From assembly GCA_963836235.1 (NCBI GenBank), contig CAWIIP010000003.1:1-52236 (forward strand): a stretch of DNA of 52,236 nt. The letters run 5' to 3'. The translations under genes and the position numbers were made by a program. This document shows positions 18,407-29,300 of this stretch, in pieces. The DNA comes from an uncultured Pseudomonadota bacterium (GTDB taxonomy: Bacteria; Oederibacteriota; Muellerivitia; Muellerivitales; Muellerivitaceae). Position 1 is the first letter of the stretch. Every line of letters starts with the position of its first letter. The notes below the pieces were generated by a model. It was given only the letters and a program-made list of their open reading frames with translations, was not told the DNA's origin and ran no database searches.

Positions 18407-19537
18407 TCAACCATCAAGTGCCTTTTGCGGAAGGGTGAACCAAAAGGTGGAGCCCTTCCCATCCTCGCTCACCACCCCAATCCGGCCGCCATGGGCCTCA
18501 ACCGCCATTTTGCAGAAGGTGAGCCCCAACCCCGTGGAAAACATCCGGTTTTTCCTCCCGCCCTGCGCTTGCCCGAATTTCTCGAATATCTGGTCGTGAT
18601 ACTCGGGGGGAATCCCGGGGCCGTTGTCCACCACCTCAAAACGCGTTCCCTCATCCGTAGCTTTAATCCTAAGCTCGACCTTCCCCCCGGTCCTTGGCGC
18701 GAACTTCAAGGCGTTGGCGATCAGGTTCTGGAGAACCCGGAAGACAAGTCCCCGGTCCAGCCAGCCGCTCAACTGGCCCTTGGGGGAGAAGGCCAGCGTC
18801 CTTCCCTCGGTGAGGGATTCCAAGCTCGCGACCACCTCCCGGCCCAAGGACAGGGCGTCGCAGGGGGCCGGGTGGATCGTCATCTTCCCGGCCTCCAGTT
18901 TGTTGACATCCAAAACCCCGGTCACCATCAGAGCCATCCTTTTCGCAGCCTTGAGGGATTCCTCGATATCCTGCCGCTGGTCCGGGGCGAATTTTTCTTC
19001 CGCTTCCTTGAGAAACCCCAGGAACCCCACCAGGGCCGACAGGGGTGAACGCAAGTCATGCACCAGCATATGCACCAGGCTGTCCCGCAAGGCCTGGAGT
19101 TCCGTTAGTTTTTCATAACTCTTCTCCAGTTCCCGCTTCTGCCGCCGCAACTCCAGGTGGGTCCTTACCCGCACATCCACTTCCTGGAACTGGAAGGGCT
19201 TGGTCACATAGTCCACGCCGCCCACCTCGAAGGACCGGACCTTGTCCGCGATGTCGGTGCGGGCGGTGAGGAAGAGCACCGGGATATCCCTCAGGCGGGG
19301 GTCCTCCTTCAGCTTGGCGCAGACCTCGAAACCGTCCATCTCGGGCATGCTAATGTCCAAAAGAATCAGGTCGGGCGGTTCGGCGGCGGCGGCCTGCAGG
19401 GCCAAGGCCCCGCTGGGCACGGGCCGCACCCGATAACCTCGGTCCTTCAGCATTCCCACCAAAAGGGTCAGGTTGGCCGGCGTGTCATCCACGACCAGGA
19501 TATTGGGGATTTCCCCCCCCGTTCCTTGCTCGGTCAT
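18407..19537 (-). CDS. Hybrid REC-HisKA-HATPase histidine kinase
   Basis: VVDD/LLDISMP/VTKP receiver; HDLRSPL H-box; NLIANALKF, DNGPG, GLGL boxes. Confidence 0.93.
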   Translation of the reverse strand: MTEQGTGGEIPNILVVDDTPANLTLLVGMLKDRGYRVRPVPSGALALQAAAAEPPDLILLDISMPEMDGFEVCAKLKEDPRLRDIPVLFLTARTDIADKVRSFEVGGVDYVTKPFQFQEVDVRVRTHLELRRQKRELEKSYEKLTELQALRDSLVHMLVHDLRSPLSALVGFLGFLKEAEEKFAPDQRQDIEESLKAAKRMALMVTGVLDVNKLEAGKMTIHPAPCDALSLGREVVASLESLTEGRTLAFSPKGQLSGWLDRGLVFRVLQNLIANALKFAPRTGGKVELRIKATDEGTRFEVVDNGPGIPPEYHDQIFEKFGQAQGGRKNRMFSTGLGLTFCKMAVEAHGGRIGVVSEDGKGSTFWFTLPQKALDG

Positions 19538-19565
19538 TCCTTCCCTCCTTTTTCGGCCCTGATCG

Positions 19566-20672
19566 TCAGTCCTTCAATTCCTCGAAGATCGCCTCGAACT
19601 CCCCGGCCATGGCCTTGAAAGCGGCCAGGACACGTGGGTCCAAATGTTTGGGGTCGCTGCGGCCGTCTCCCTCGGTGAGAATGGAATAGGTCTTGGCGGC
19701 GTCGAAAGCCGGCTTATAGGGCCGCTTGTTGCGAAGAGCGTCGTATTGGTCCGCCAGCACCAGAATGCGGGCCGGGAGGGGAATGGCTTCCCCGGCCAAA
19801 CCTTCGGGGTAGCCGCTCCCGTCCCAGCGCTCATGGTGGGACTGGGCAATCTCCCGGCCCATCTTGAGGAAGGCGCTGTTGGGATAGGTTTTCAACACGG
19901 TCTCCAGGGTCCTTGCCCCGATGGCCGCGTGGGTCTTCATGATCTCCCATTCCTCGGGCGTGTGCTTGCCCGGCTTCAGGAGGATGCTGTCCGGGATTCC
20001 CACCTTGCCGATGTCGTGCAGGGCACTGGCGTGGAAGATGGTCTCGATGAATGCCTCGTCGATCAGGTCGCCAAACACTTTCTCCTCACCCAGCCTTTTG
20101 GCCAAAGCCCGGCAATAACGCTGGACCCGGAGGATATGGTTGCCCGTGTCCTCGTCGCGGTACTCGGAAATCTTGGCCAGGGCCACGATGGTGGCGACCT
20201 GCGAATCGGAAATTTCCTTCACCTGGGCCTGGACTTGGTCCCGCAGGGTGCGGTTCATCTCCTCCATCTCGGTCTGGAGGCGGTGGATTTCCAAGTGGGC
20301 CTCGACCCGGGCCTCAACCTCTTCGAACTGGAAGGGCTTGGTCACGTAATCCACGCCCCCCAAGGAAAAAGCGGTCGTCTTGTCGAAAACCTCGTTGTTG
20401 GCGCTGATGAAAATGACCGGCACCGAGGCCAAGTTAGGATCCGCCTTGAGGGAGGCGCAGACCTGGTAGCCGTCCATTTCCGGCATGTTGATGTCCAACA
20501 GAATCAGGTCAGGCGGCTGGCGTCGCGCCGCGTCCAAGGCCAAACGCCCGCCCGGAACGGGCCGAACATGGTGGCCGCATTCCTTAAGCATGGTGGTGAG
20601 AACCTCCAGGTTGGCGGGCATATCGTCCACCACCAGGATGTCGCCGACCGTCCGTTTTTTTCTAGGACTCAT
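19566..20672 (-). CDS. REC + HD-GYP cyclic-di-GMP phosphodiesterase (RpfG-like)
   Basis: Receiver domain; HDIGKVGIPD, HHERWDGSGYP, RPYK. Confidence 0.93.
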   Translation of the reverse strand: MSPRKKRTVGDILVVDDMPANLEVLTTMLKECGHHVRPVPGGRLALDAARRQPPDLILLDINMPEMDGYQVCASLKADPNLASVPVIFISANNEVFDKTTAFSLGGVDYVTKPFQFEEVEARVEAHLEIHRLQTEMEEMNRTLRDQVQAQVKEISDSQVATIVALAKISEYRDEDTGNHILRVQRYCRALAKRLGEEKVFGDLIDEAFIETIFHASALHDIGKVGIPDSILLKPGKHTPEEWEIMKTHAAIGARTLETVLKTYPNSAFLKMGREIAQSHHERWDGSGYPEGLAGEAIPLPARILVLADQYDALRNKRPYKPAFDAAKTYSILTEGDGRSDPKHLDPRVLAAFKAMAGEFEAIFEELKD

Positions 20673-23600
20673 TCTCTTCTCCTTTGGGTTTCAGCAGTTC
20701 CAGAATCCTTTGGTACTCGAATTTACCCGCCATCTTCCTCAAAGCCACCGCGGCCCCGGCGTCCTTTTGGGCGATCCGGTCCAGGACAGAGAGCGCCGCG
20801 TCCAGGTCGGCGACCAAGAGGGCCTGCTTGAGCTGGCTGCGAAGGTCGGCGGGCAAAAGGGCGACACGCTCTTTCTCCAGGTCTTCGGGAGGCGGTTCGG
20901 GAACCCCCGGAACCGTCTTTTCCTCCGCCCACAGGAACTTCACCCCCAACAGTTCCTGAATCCTCTCGAACAAGGTTTCTTCCCGGAAAGGTTTGCTGAT
21001 AAAATCGTCAGCCCCGTCCTTGAGGGCCTTTTTTTGATCCTCTTTGAAGGAACTGGCGGAGATGGCGATGATCTTGACCTTGTCCCCGCCCTCCATCGCC
21101 CGAATGCGGCGGATGGCCTCAGGCCCTTCCATGACCGGCATGCGCAGGTCCATGAGGACCAAATCGGGCTTGGTTTCGGCGAACGCCTCCACTCCTTTGG
21201 CCCCGTCCACCTCGGACCGGACCTCGAAACCAACCATGGTCAGCAGGGTCTCTAGGTAACCGCGGTTCTCGGGATTATCGTCCACCACGAGTACCCGCCT
21301 CAAGGGCTGCCCCGCTTCCAGGCCCGCCACCCGCCGCTGTTGGGGTGCCTGGCCCATATCGGTCCCTTCACGGATGGGGATATCTAGCCGGAAAGTGCTT
21401 CCCTGGCCCAGCTGGCTCTCCGCCTCAAGGGTTCCCCCCATCAATTCGGCGAATTTCCGGCTGATGGCTAGGCCCAGCCCCGTGCCGGACTTGGACTTTC
21501 GGCCGCTCTCGGTCTGCTCGAAGACCTTGAAGAGCTTGCCCATTTCCCCTGGCGCGATCCCCGGCCCGCTGTCCTCCAACTCCGCCACCAGCCGGTTACT
21601 CCCGTCCCCATCCATCCCCGGCTGGATGGCCACCCGCATCGCCACGCCTCCACGTTCGGTGAACTTAAAGGCGTTGGAAAGCAAGTTCTGGAATATCTGG
21701 CGGATCTTGGTTTCATCTCCCCACACAAAACGCGGCAAAAGATCCGGTTTATCCAGGAGGAATCGCAGGCCCTTCTCCTGCGCCTTCGCTTTGAAGATCG
21801 ATTCCAATTCTCCCAACAGGGCGCGCAGGTCAAAAGAGGAGGTCTCGACAGCCAGACGGTCGGCCTCAATTTTGGAATAGTCCAGGATTTCATTGATGAG
21901 GTTCAGCAGGTGGGAGCCGCTCTTGAGGATCACTTCCACCTGCTGGTCCTGCTGGGAGGTGAGCGCCGGGTCCCGGCGAAGGAGCTGGGCGAACCCGATG
22001 ACGGCGTTCATGGGGGTGCGGATTTCATGGGACATGTTGGCTAGGAAGCTGGATTTGGCCTGGTTGGCCGCCTCGGCTGCCTTCGTGGCCTTTTCCAACT
22101 CGGCTGTCCGGGTTTCGACCATTTGCTCCAGGTGTTCACGATATTCTTCCAGTTCGGCTTCGACCATCTTACGCTGGGTGATATCCCTCAACGATCCTTC
22201 CACCCCCATGGGTTTACCCTCATCATTTAAAAGAATATGGGCGTTGATGGAAGCATAAACCACCAGACCGCTCTTGGTCTTAAAACGTAGTTCGTAATCG
22301 GTGACCTCACCCTTCGCGCTTAGGGCTTTCATGAACACGATCCGGTCTCCCGGATCGGCGTAGAATTCGGTGAAGTTCTTGCCAATGAACTCCTCCCGTT
22401 TGTAGCCATAGGCCTCGATGGAAGGACTGATCTCCAGGACATTCCCTTCATTATCCACTTGGTAAAAGACGTCCTGGACGTTCTCGAAGATTTTCCGGTA
22501 TTTACTCTCGCTCTCCCGGAGCTTTTCTTCGGCCTTGACCCGCCCTACCTGGGCCTTCAATTTCTCGGTGATGTCCCGGTAGATGGCCGAATAGCCAATG
22601 AGCTTTCCCGATTCATCCTTGAGCGGGGTCGAGCTGATATCCAATTGGATAAACCGCCCATCCTTCCCCTTGCGGGTGGCTTCGTAATGGAGGGTGGACC
22701 CTGTTTCCGTCAGTGACCGGCGCTTTTCGGCGACTTGGTCCTGAGTGGGGTTGGGATCCAAAAGGCTTCCAGGTTGACCCAAAACCTCCTTCTCGGTGTA
22801 ACCGAATATCTTCTCCGCGCCCTTGCTCCACTGGATGATCTTGCCTTCCAAGTCGGCCACCACGATCCCGTCGCCTGTCTGCTCGAGGACATAGGACAGG
22901 AACCGCTGGTTTTCTTGCCCCTTTTTTTGCTCGTTGATGTCCATGATCATGCCCAAACCGTAAAGGGGCTTTCCCGTGGCGTCCTTGATGAGGGCGGCCA
23001 CCCGGATGACCCAAACGATATGTCCTTTTTTATGGATGAACCGTTTTTCCATTTGATAACGGGGGAACTCCCCCGCGACCATGCGGCGGAACTGGTCCAG
23101 GTCCCTTGGAGCGTCGTCGGGGTGGGTGATATCCCCAAAGGATTTCCCCTTTAATTCATCGGGACTGTAACCCGTGATCTCGCCGAAGCTTTGATTAACC
23201 AGGATCAATTTGGAATCGAGGCCGACCAGCGCGACCCCCAGCGGGCTGTCCTCGAAGACATGGCGGAAACGCTCCTGGCTTTCGACCAGGGAGTTCTCCA
23301 TTTTTTTGCGCTCGGTAACATCCCGGTAGATGGCGGAAAAACCGATGGTTTTACCTTCTGGATTCCGTAAGGGGCCTACCAGTACCATAACCGGGACCCT
23401 CTGGCCGTCCTTATGGACACGGAAGGTCTCGAAAACCTGTGGTTCCATAACTTCCCGCAAGACCCGGTACCTTCGTTCGAACTCGTCGTGTTGTTCCACA
23501 GGAACCAGCGTCCTGACATTTTTCCCCAATATTTCCCCGTGAGAATACCCGAAGATCCGTTGAGCGCCTTCGTTCCATTCGATAATCTTGTTTTCCAAGT

Positions 23601-25815
23601 CGGCTACCACTACCCCATCGGGAGTCTGTTCCAAAATGGACGCCAATAGACGCTGGTTTTTCTTGGCCTTCAGTTCCTCGGTGATGTCCCGGTAGATGGC
23701 CGAAAAGCCAATCATTTTTCCGTCCGGGTCCCGAATGGGTCCCGCGGATATCTCCACCTGGATCAGCGAACCGTCCTTTCTCTTTCTCGTGGTTTGGTAG
23801 GCATGGGTAACCCCGCCGGATTTGAGCGATTGGCGGCCTTTTGCCGCCTCGACCGTCAAATAATCGGGAACCAGGAAGCTGAGGGACTTTCCCAGGGCCT
23901 CCTCCGAGGAATACCCGAACATCCTTTCCGCGCCCTGGTTCCATTGAATGATGTTTTCGTTCATGTCCGCGGCCAACACGGCATCGGGAGTTTGTTCCAA
24001 GATCGTGGCCAGCAGGCGCTGGGTTTCCTGGGCCCTCAATTTTTCCGTGATGTCCTTCATCGTCCCTTCTATCCCTGCCGTCTTTCCTTCCTCGTACTGG
24101 AAAAGATGGGCATTGATCGAAACGTGGATGCGCCCCCCGGCCTTGGTCTTGAGGGGTAACTCGTAATCAGTCACTTCGCCCGATTCCTTAATGGCGTTCA
24201 ATAAGAATTCCCGGTCCTTCGAATCGTGGTAGAATTCGGCGGTGGGTTTACCGATCATTTCCTCCCGGCGGTAGCCTGTATAACGCTCTACCGAAGGGCT
24301 GATGTCCAAGATCATTCCATTACTGTCCACCTGATAAAAAATGTCCCGGACGTTCTCGAATATCTTCCGGTACTTATTCTCGCTCTCGGCCTTTTCACGG
24401 TAGTAGCGGGTTTCCTGCTCACGCCAGATGAAAGCACCGCCCGCCCCGGCGGCGAAAAGAAGGACGAGGAAAAGGAAAAGCACCAGAAGGCTCTTTTCCC
24501 GCATCGGCGCCTCGATCTCCTCTTGGTTCATTTGCGCCACCAACCGCCAGGGCAGCCCCGGCACCTCGCGCAGGGCGGAAAGAACCCACACGCCTTGGTA
24601 GCTGATCCCCTCGAAGATGCCCATCTCTCCGCGGAGGACTTGGACGACGGGCCTTTGGGCCTGGTCCATGGGGATGCGCAGGTTCAAGGAGGAATCTTTC
24701 CTTTGCCGTAATTCGTTCAGGATCACGGCGTCGTTGCCCTCCTGCCGGACCAAGAGGGTTTCCGCTGTCTTGGTGGGGATGGGCCATTGATCGAGAGTTG
24801 TGAATAGGTATTCGGTGGGATCGATGCGTAAATAGACGACCCCCAGTGGGCGTCCTGGGGAAAGGGGGTCCCGGAGTGGGACCAAAACGCCCAGACAAAC
24901 CTTGTTGGCCTTGGTGTCCCGATAAAAGTCCTGGAAGACCGCCTGGCTGCCTCGCAGGACCTCGGGGATCCTCCCCGCGACCAAGGGATCGACCTTATCC
25001 TTGGAACCCGTCGAGGAGAGCTTCACCCGGCCCTTAGGGTCCAATAGGCAGACCTGGTCGTATTGATTGTAGGAGGCCACGTATTTATCGAACCAGGCCC
25101 GGAGTTCCGCCCTTGCCTCCGCGTCAGCCGGGGTTTTCAGCACCCGTTTGGCCAGAGCGCCAATGGTCGGATTCTGGTTAAGGATGAAACCATCCCCCAT
25201 CCGTTCGTTGTACCAAAGTTCCAGTTCGCCGACCTTCAGGTCGGCAATGGAGGATATCTGGCGTTCCACTTCGGATTGGAGGTTCCCCTCGGCCCTCTTT
25301 AGGACGAACCAGCCCGAGAACAACAAGCTGAGAGTCAGTAAAAAGAAGATCAAGAGCAGGTTGAGGCCCATCCGGCTCTTGCGAAGCCCAGTTTTTTCCG
25401 CGAAGGAATCTTTCCCTAACTCGTACTCCATCATGATGACCAGGGCCAGGAAACAGAAAGGCGATAAGGGAAGTGAATGGAGGAGCCCCAATCGGGTGAA
25501 GGCCCCCTGCAGGTAACCGGCCATAACAAATAACATGGCGAAGATCATGTTAAGGACAGAACGGTCGCGGCTCCGCCCATAGGAGGTCCCAAGGGCAAAA
25601 AGACAGAAAAAAAGGATCAGGAAAAGGACCAGGGTTCCCCAAGGGAACCAAGGGCTGAGGACGCCCTTCAGGGTGGCCACCGTCTCCCCCCAGGGCATGG
25701 TCTGGAAGGTGATCGACTGGACTTCCTTGTAGGGTGGCCACCGTCTCCCCCCAGGGCATGGTCTGGAAGGTGATCGACTGGACTTCCTTGTATTGAAGGG
25801 TGAAGGGTTGGACAA
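20662..25815 (-). CDS. Large hybrid sensor kinase (TM, Cache-like, 6 PAS/PAC, HisKA, HATPase, REC); main reading frame downstream of a frameshift
   Basis: SHEIRTPMN H-box, NLLSNAFKF, GTGLGL, C-terminal receiver VLMDLRMP; six PAS repeats; first ~28 aa of the ORF are out-of-frame product of the duplication. Confidence 0.9.
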   Translation of the reverse strand: MSNPSPFNTRKSSRSPSRPCPGGRRWPPYKEVQSITFQTMPWGETVATLKGVLSPWFPWGTLVLFLILFFCLFALGTSYGRSRDRSVLNMIFAMLFVMAGYLQGAFTRLGLLHSLPLSPFCFLALVIMMEYELGKDSFAEKTGLRKSRMGLNLLLIFFLLTLSLLFSGWFVLKRAEGNLQSEVERQISSIADLKVGELELWYNERMGDGFILNQNPTIGALAKRVLKTPADAEARAELRAWFDKYVASYNQYDQVCLLDPKGRVKLSSTGSKDKVDPLVAGRIPEVLRGSQAVFQDFYRDTKANKVCLGVLVPLRDPLSPGRPLGVVYLRIDPTEYLFTTLDQWPIPTKTAETLLVRQEGNDAVILNELRQRKDSSLNLRIPMDQAQRPVVQVLRGEMGIFEGISYQGVWVLSALREVPGLPWRLVAQMNQEEIEAPMREKSLLVLFLFLVLLFAAGAGGAFIWREQETRYYREKAESENKYRKIFENVRDIFYQVDSNGMILDISPSVERYTGYRREEMIGKPTAEFYHDSKDREFLLNAIKESGEVTDYELPLKTKAGGRIHVSINAHLFQYEEGKTAGIEGTMKDITEKLRAQETQRLLATILEQTPDAVLAADMNENIIQWNQGAERMFGYSSEEALGKSLSFLVPDYLTVEAAKGRQSLKSGGVTHAYQTTRKRKDGSLIQVEISAGPIRDPDGKMIGFSAIYRDITEELKAKKNQRLLASILEQTPDGVVVADLENKIIEWNEGAQRIFGYSHGEILGKNVRTLVPVEQHDEFERRYRVLREVMEPQVFETFRVHKDGQRVPVMVLVGPLRNPEGKTIGFSAIYRDVTERKKMENSLVESQERFRHVFEDSPLGVALVGLDSKLILVNQSFGEITGYSPDELKGKSFGDITHPDDAPRDLDQFRRMVAGEFPRYQMEKRFIHKKGHIVWVIRVAALIKDATGKPLYGLGMIMDINEQKKGQENQRFLSYVLEQTGDGIVVADLEGKIIQWSKGAEKIFGYTEKEVLGQPGSLLDPNPTQDQVAEKRRSLTETGSTLHYEATRKGKDGRFIQLDISSTPLKDESGKLIGYSAIYRDITEKLKAQVGRVKAEEKLRESESKYRKIFENVQDVFYQVDNEGNVLEISPSIEAYGYKREEFIGKNFTEFYADPGDRIVFMKALSAKGEVTDYELRFKTKSGLVVYASINAHILLNDEGKPMGVEGSLRDITQRKMVEAELEEYREHLEQMVETRTAELEKATKAAEAANQAKSSFLANMSHEIRTPMNAVIGFAQLLRRDPALTSQQDQQVEVILKSGSHLLNLINEILDYSKIEADRLAVETSSFDLRALLGELESIFKAKAQEKGLRFLLDKPDLLPRFVWGDETKIRQIFQNLLSNAFKFTERGGVAMRVAIQPGMDGDGSNRLVAELEDSGPGIAPGEMGKLFKVFEQTESGRKSKSGTGLGLAISRKFAELMGGTLEAESQLGQGSTFRLDIPIREGTDMGQAPQQRRVAGLEAGQPLRRVLVVDDNPENRGYLETLLTMVGFEVRSEVDGAKGVEAFAETKPDLVLMDLRMPVMEGPEAIRRIRAMEGGDKVKIIAISASSFKEDQKKALKDGADDFISKPFREETLFERIQELLGVKFLWAEEKTVPGVPEPPPEDLEKERVALLPADLRSQLKQALLVADLDAALSVLDRIAQKDAGAAVALRKMAGKFEYQRILELLKPKGEENES

Positions 25816-26161
25816 GGTTGACCAGGAATAACAGGGCGACCACGCCAGAAAGACCCCAAAGAAGCCACCGGGGCTTCATTTGGGTGAATTCGGCGATGAA
25901 CCAAAAGAGGGCGGTCATGGTCACCAGAACAAAAGCCAGGTTAAGGCGAATGGAAAGTAGGAAACCGGGAATAGTCGTGGACAAGAGGGCCATAGCCCAG
26001 GCCAGGGAATAAAGGGATGTTGAAATGGATAGCGCCGCGAATAGCCGATGGGCTAGACGCTTGGCGTTGGGAGGTTGCATTGCGATATGGCGGACGCCCG
26101 AAAAACCGCAGATGATCGAGACGATGAACAGACCGTAGGTATAAAGATGATCCAGTATCAG
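25550..26161 (-). pseudogene. N-terminal 7TM sensor part of the same kinase, separated by a frameshift
   Basis: Hydrophobic helices continue in frame to ...PFTLQYKEVQSITFQTMPWGETVATL then drift out of frame; deleting one 61-bp copy fuses it to the kinase. Confidence 0.8.
25670..25791. repeat. Exact 61-bp tandem duplication
   Basis: AGGGTGGCCACCGTCTCCCCCCAGGGCATGGTCTGGAAGGTGATCGACTGGACTTCCTTGT at 25670-25730 and 25731-25791. Confidence 0.96.
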
Positions 26162-26319
26162 CGCGAGCCTCCGAACCCAGGGTACGGTCGAGAGCCTGAT
26201 TGCAAGAGAACCTATTATGTCATGACAATTACTTTTAGAACGCTTCTAAATTTCCGGGGTGGAGAAAATAGAATGCCCACTCAAAAGATAAATTCTTAGG
26301 CCGTCTGTCGTGGACAACC

Positions 26320-29300
26320 TTAAAACCCCAGATTGAGCCCCGCGGACAGTCCGTCGGAGCTAAATCCCGTCATTCCCATATTGCCTTGGTATTGGGCTTG
26401 GGCGGAAATCCCATTGCCGAATTGGGCGTTCAGGCCCGCGACGATGACGGCCGCGTTGGCCCCCAGCGCCGGGCCATCCACCGTAAACAAGTTGCCGGAG
26501 TTTCCTAATCCGGCCTGTAGTTGGTCCAGACTGCCTTGATAGACATGTTCCCAGGCCACACTGACATTAGGCCCTAAGGAAAAGCCGCCCATATCCCAGG
26601 CGCGGCTGGCCTTGATACCCAACTGGCTCGTCAGGTCCCCCTGCCCTTGATTGGGGAAAGAAAGGGGTGTCGTGGAACCCGCTTCCTGGAAGGCATTCGC
26701 CTGCACATGGGCATATTGGCCCGTTACCATGGGGCCCACTTTCATCTCGTCCACTTTCCAATCATAACCGGCACCCAATTGGAATCCGTATTGCGTGCCC
26801 CGGGTGGTTCCGGTGGCGCTTCCGCCATAGCTGGAGCGGATCGTCGTGTAGGTATTCACTCCCCCATCCACTAAGCCATCGACGTAAAAACCGCCGGTCT
26901 TCCATCCGCCATAGAGACCCACCTGCCCGCCCGAGCTGGTCACCGAGCTGAGAGATTGCGAGGTTCCCGAGGAGGTAAAGCCCAGCAAGAGGCCCCCCAC
27001 GAGGTCGGGGGCTAAACGATAGTCCATCCCGGCGGCCATCCCGCCGACGGAAAACTTGTAGCCAGGAGCGTTGCTGTCCCCGGTGACGGTTCCGAAATCC
27101 CCTAAACCGTTCATGAAAACATCCCATTGGGGAGAGGGGGACGAGCTATTGGCCACCGCTTCTTCTTGCCCCGGGCTCATCGTGGAGGCGAACATCCGGT
27201 TCTCGCCGTGGCTGGCAAAGGCGCTTTGGGATTCGGTATCGATCTGGTCCCAAAGGTCCGAAAGCCTCTTAGCCACCAAAACTCCTCGGCTTTCTTCCGT
27301 GGCAAAACCCATCTGGAAGAGCGGGGTAATACCCGCCGGGGAGATTTGGTCATAAGCTTTCACCAATGAGGAAGCCTGTTGAACACCCAAATTGAGCATC
27401 AAAGCCTGCTGGGTTGGATCGAGATAAAGGTTGTCCAAGGCCGCCCCCACCGCCTTTTCGTTGAAGGTCTGGCCCAAGGCGGCGAAGGAAGGCTGAATGG
27501 CCACGATATTGACCTGTGCGGGGTAATAAACCGGCAAAAACCGGAACCCACTGATCCCATTAACCACGGAAGTGAAGTTGCCTGAAACTCCATTCGCAGT
27601 CATAGCTAAAAAGATACCGCCCAAAGTGGGAGTGAAACCGGAATAGGAAAAAACTGAAAGGCTACCGCTTAGATTCGCGGACCCAGCGACTCCAAACGAA
27701 TCATATTGCCCATAGGTGGGTCCACCCAATCCCATTAAAAAAGTTCCACCGGAAGCTTGGTTATAGCTGCCTCCGACGTAGAAATAACTGGGGCCTCCGC
27801 TAGTAGCAAGAGTTCCATTTTGCAGAAGCACTGAACTGTCCCCAAGAGCGCCGGAATTGCCGATGGCAAGGGTTCCTCCCAATATGGTGGTACTCCCTAT
27901 ATAGAAATTGGTATTTGTAAGGGTAAGGGTACCTGTCCCTAACTTGGTAATGGAACCACTCAGACCGGCATCTGTAATCTGGCTAGAAATCGTCGTGGAC
28001 AGGTTATTGATACCCAAAGCCAAATCATTGGCACCAAGGTTGATGGAACTTCCGACCGCGCCATTAGTAATGCCGACTGTTACGCTACCCGCCGTACTGG
28101 AAGCGATGCTGAGGTTTCCCCCAATGAGGTCGAACTGTGCCGTTCCCCCTTGGGCGTTACCCGAAAAACTAATTTGCCCGCTATTATTGGTAATTTGTGC
28201 GTTCCCCGCGGTGGAGTAGGACCCAAATTGGACCAAGCCGGTGTTGACCAAGGTGGCTGTCCCGGCGCTGGCCACGGTCGTGGCGGAGTCTCCGGTAAAA
28301 GATAAATCCCCTATATTGTTAAAAACGGCGTTTCCCGCCGTGGAACCGTCAGAGAAACTCATTCGGCCGTTATTAGTGATCGTGGAATTTGCCGCCGTAG
28401 CGCTATTGGCAAAAGTAACGGTGGAGTTATTCGTGAGGTTGGCGATACCCGCCGAGGAGGAGTTATTGAAATTGAGGAATCCACTATTGGTAATCACGGC
28501 GGAACCCGCGGTGGAGGTATCATTAAAATTAATAAATCCCCCGTTATTAACAATATTATTGGTGCCCACAACGGACTGATCGACATAATCCAAGGTCGAA
28601 GAGACGCTAAAAACATTAACCGCTCCGCTCCCCAAGGTTCCGTTGTCCACCATCAAGGTGCCCGCGAGAATGGAGGTGCCCCCGCTGTATGTGTTCATGC
28701 CCGTCAGGGTAAGTGTTCCAAACCCGCCCTTAGAAAGTGAACCTCCGAGTCCGCCGTCCTGAATAACCCCCGAAACGGTCGTCGACTGGCTATTGTTGTT
28801 TCCGGTAAAAAGATTATTAGCGCCCAGGTTAAAAGTACCCGCGCCCGCAATGGAACCCACCGTCACGCCCGCGCTTTGGCTGATGTCAAAAACACCGCCG
28901 GAGTTGACCGTGAACTGGGCTTGCCCCCCCTCGGCGGCGCCCGAAAAGCTGACCGCTCCCCCGTTGTTGGTGGAAATCATCGCTTGCCCGGCGGAGGCAT
29001 TACCGGTGAAGTTCAATGCCCCATTGTTAGCAACGGTGGCGCTACTGGCGGTTGAAGTATCCTGAAAAGTAATGGTCGAAGCGGCGGCATTGGTCAATAG
29101 AAGGCTGACGGCTTGGGAGCTATTCTCAAAAAGAACATTTCCCCCGTTGTTAACCAAGGTTTGTTGAACCCCTGAAGCGTTATTGATTCCAGCGCCGGCA
29201 AGAGTAAAGGAATTAGAATTGGTTTGGATTCCGAACGAGGATCCGCCATTAAATAAAAGGGTGTCGAGGGTTACAGCGGCGCTTAAAGAAACGGCGGTGA

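Noticed and set aside
19644-21255. Long plus-strand ORFs (395 and 256 aa)
   Set aside because: Shadow frames of GC-rich signalling genes
25670-25791. Mini CRISPR array or IS target-site duplication
   Set aside because: Copies abut with no spacer or inserted element, and the unit is coding sequence
26218-26227. Palindrome TGTCATGACA upstream of the hybrid kinase
   Set aside because: Only 10 bp and single; insufficient to call an operator
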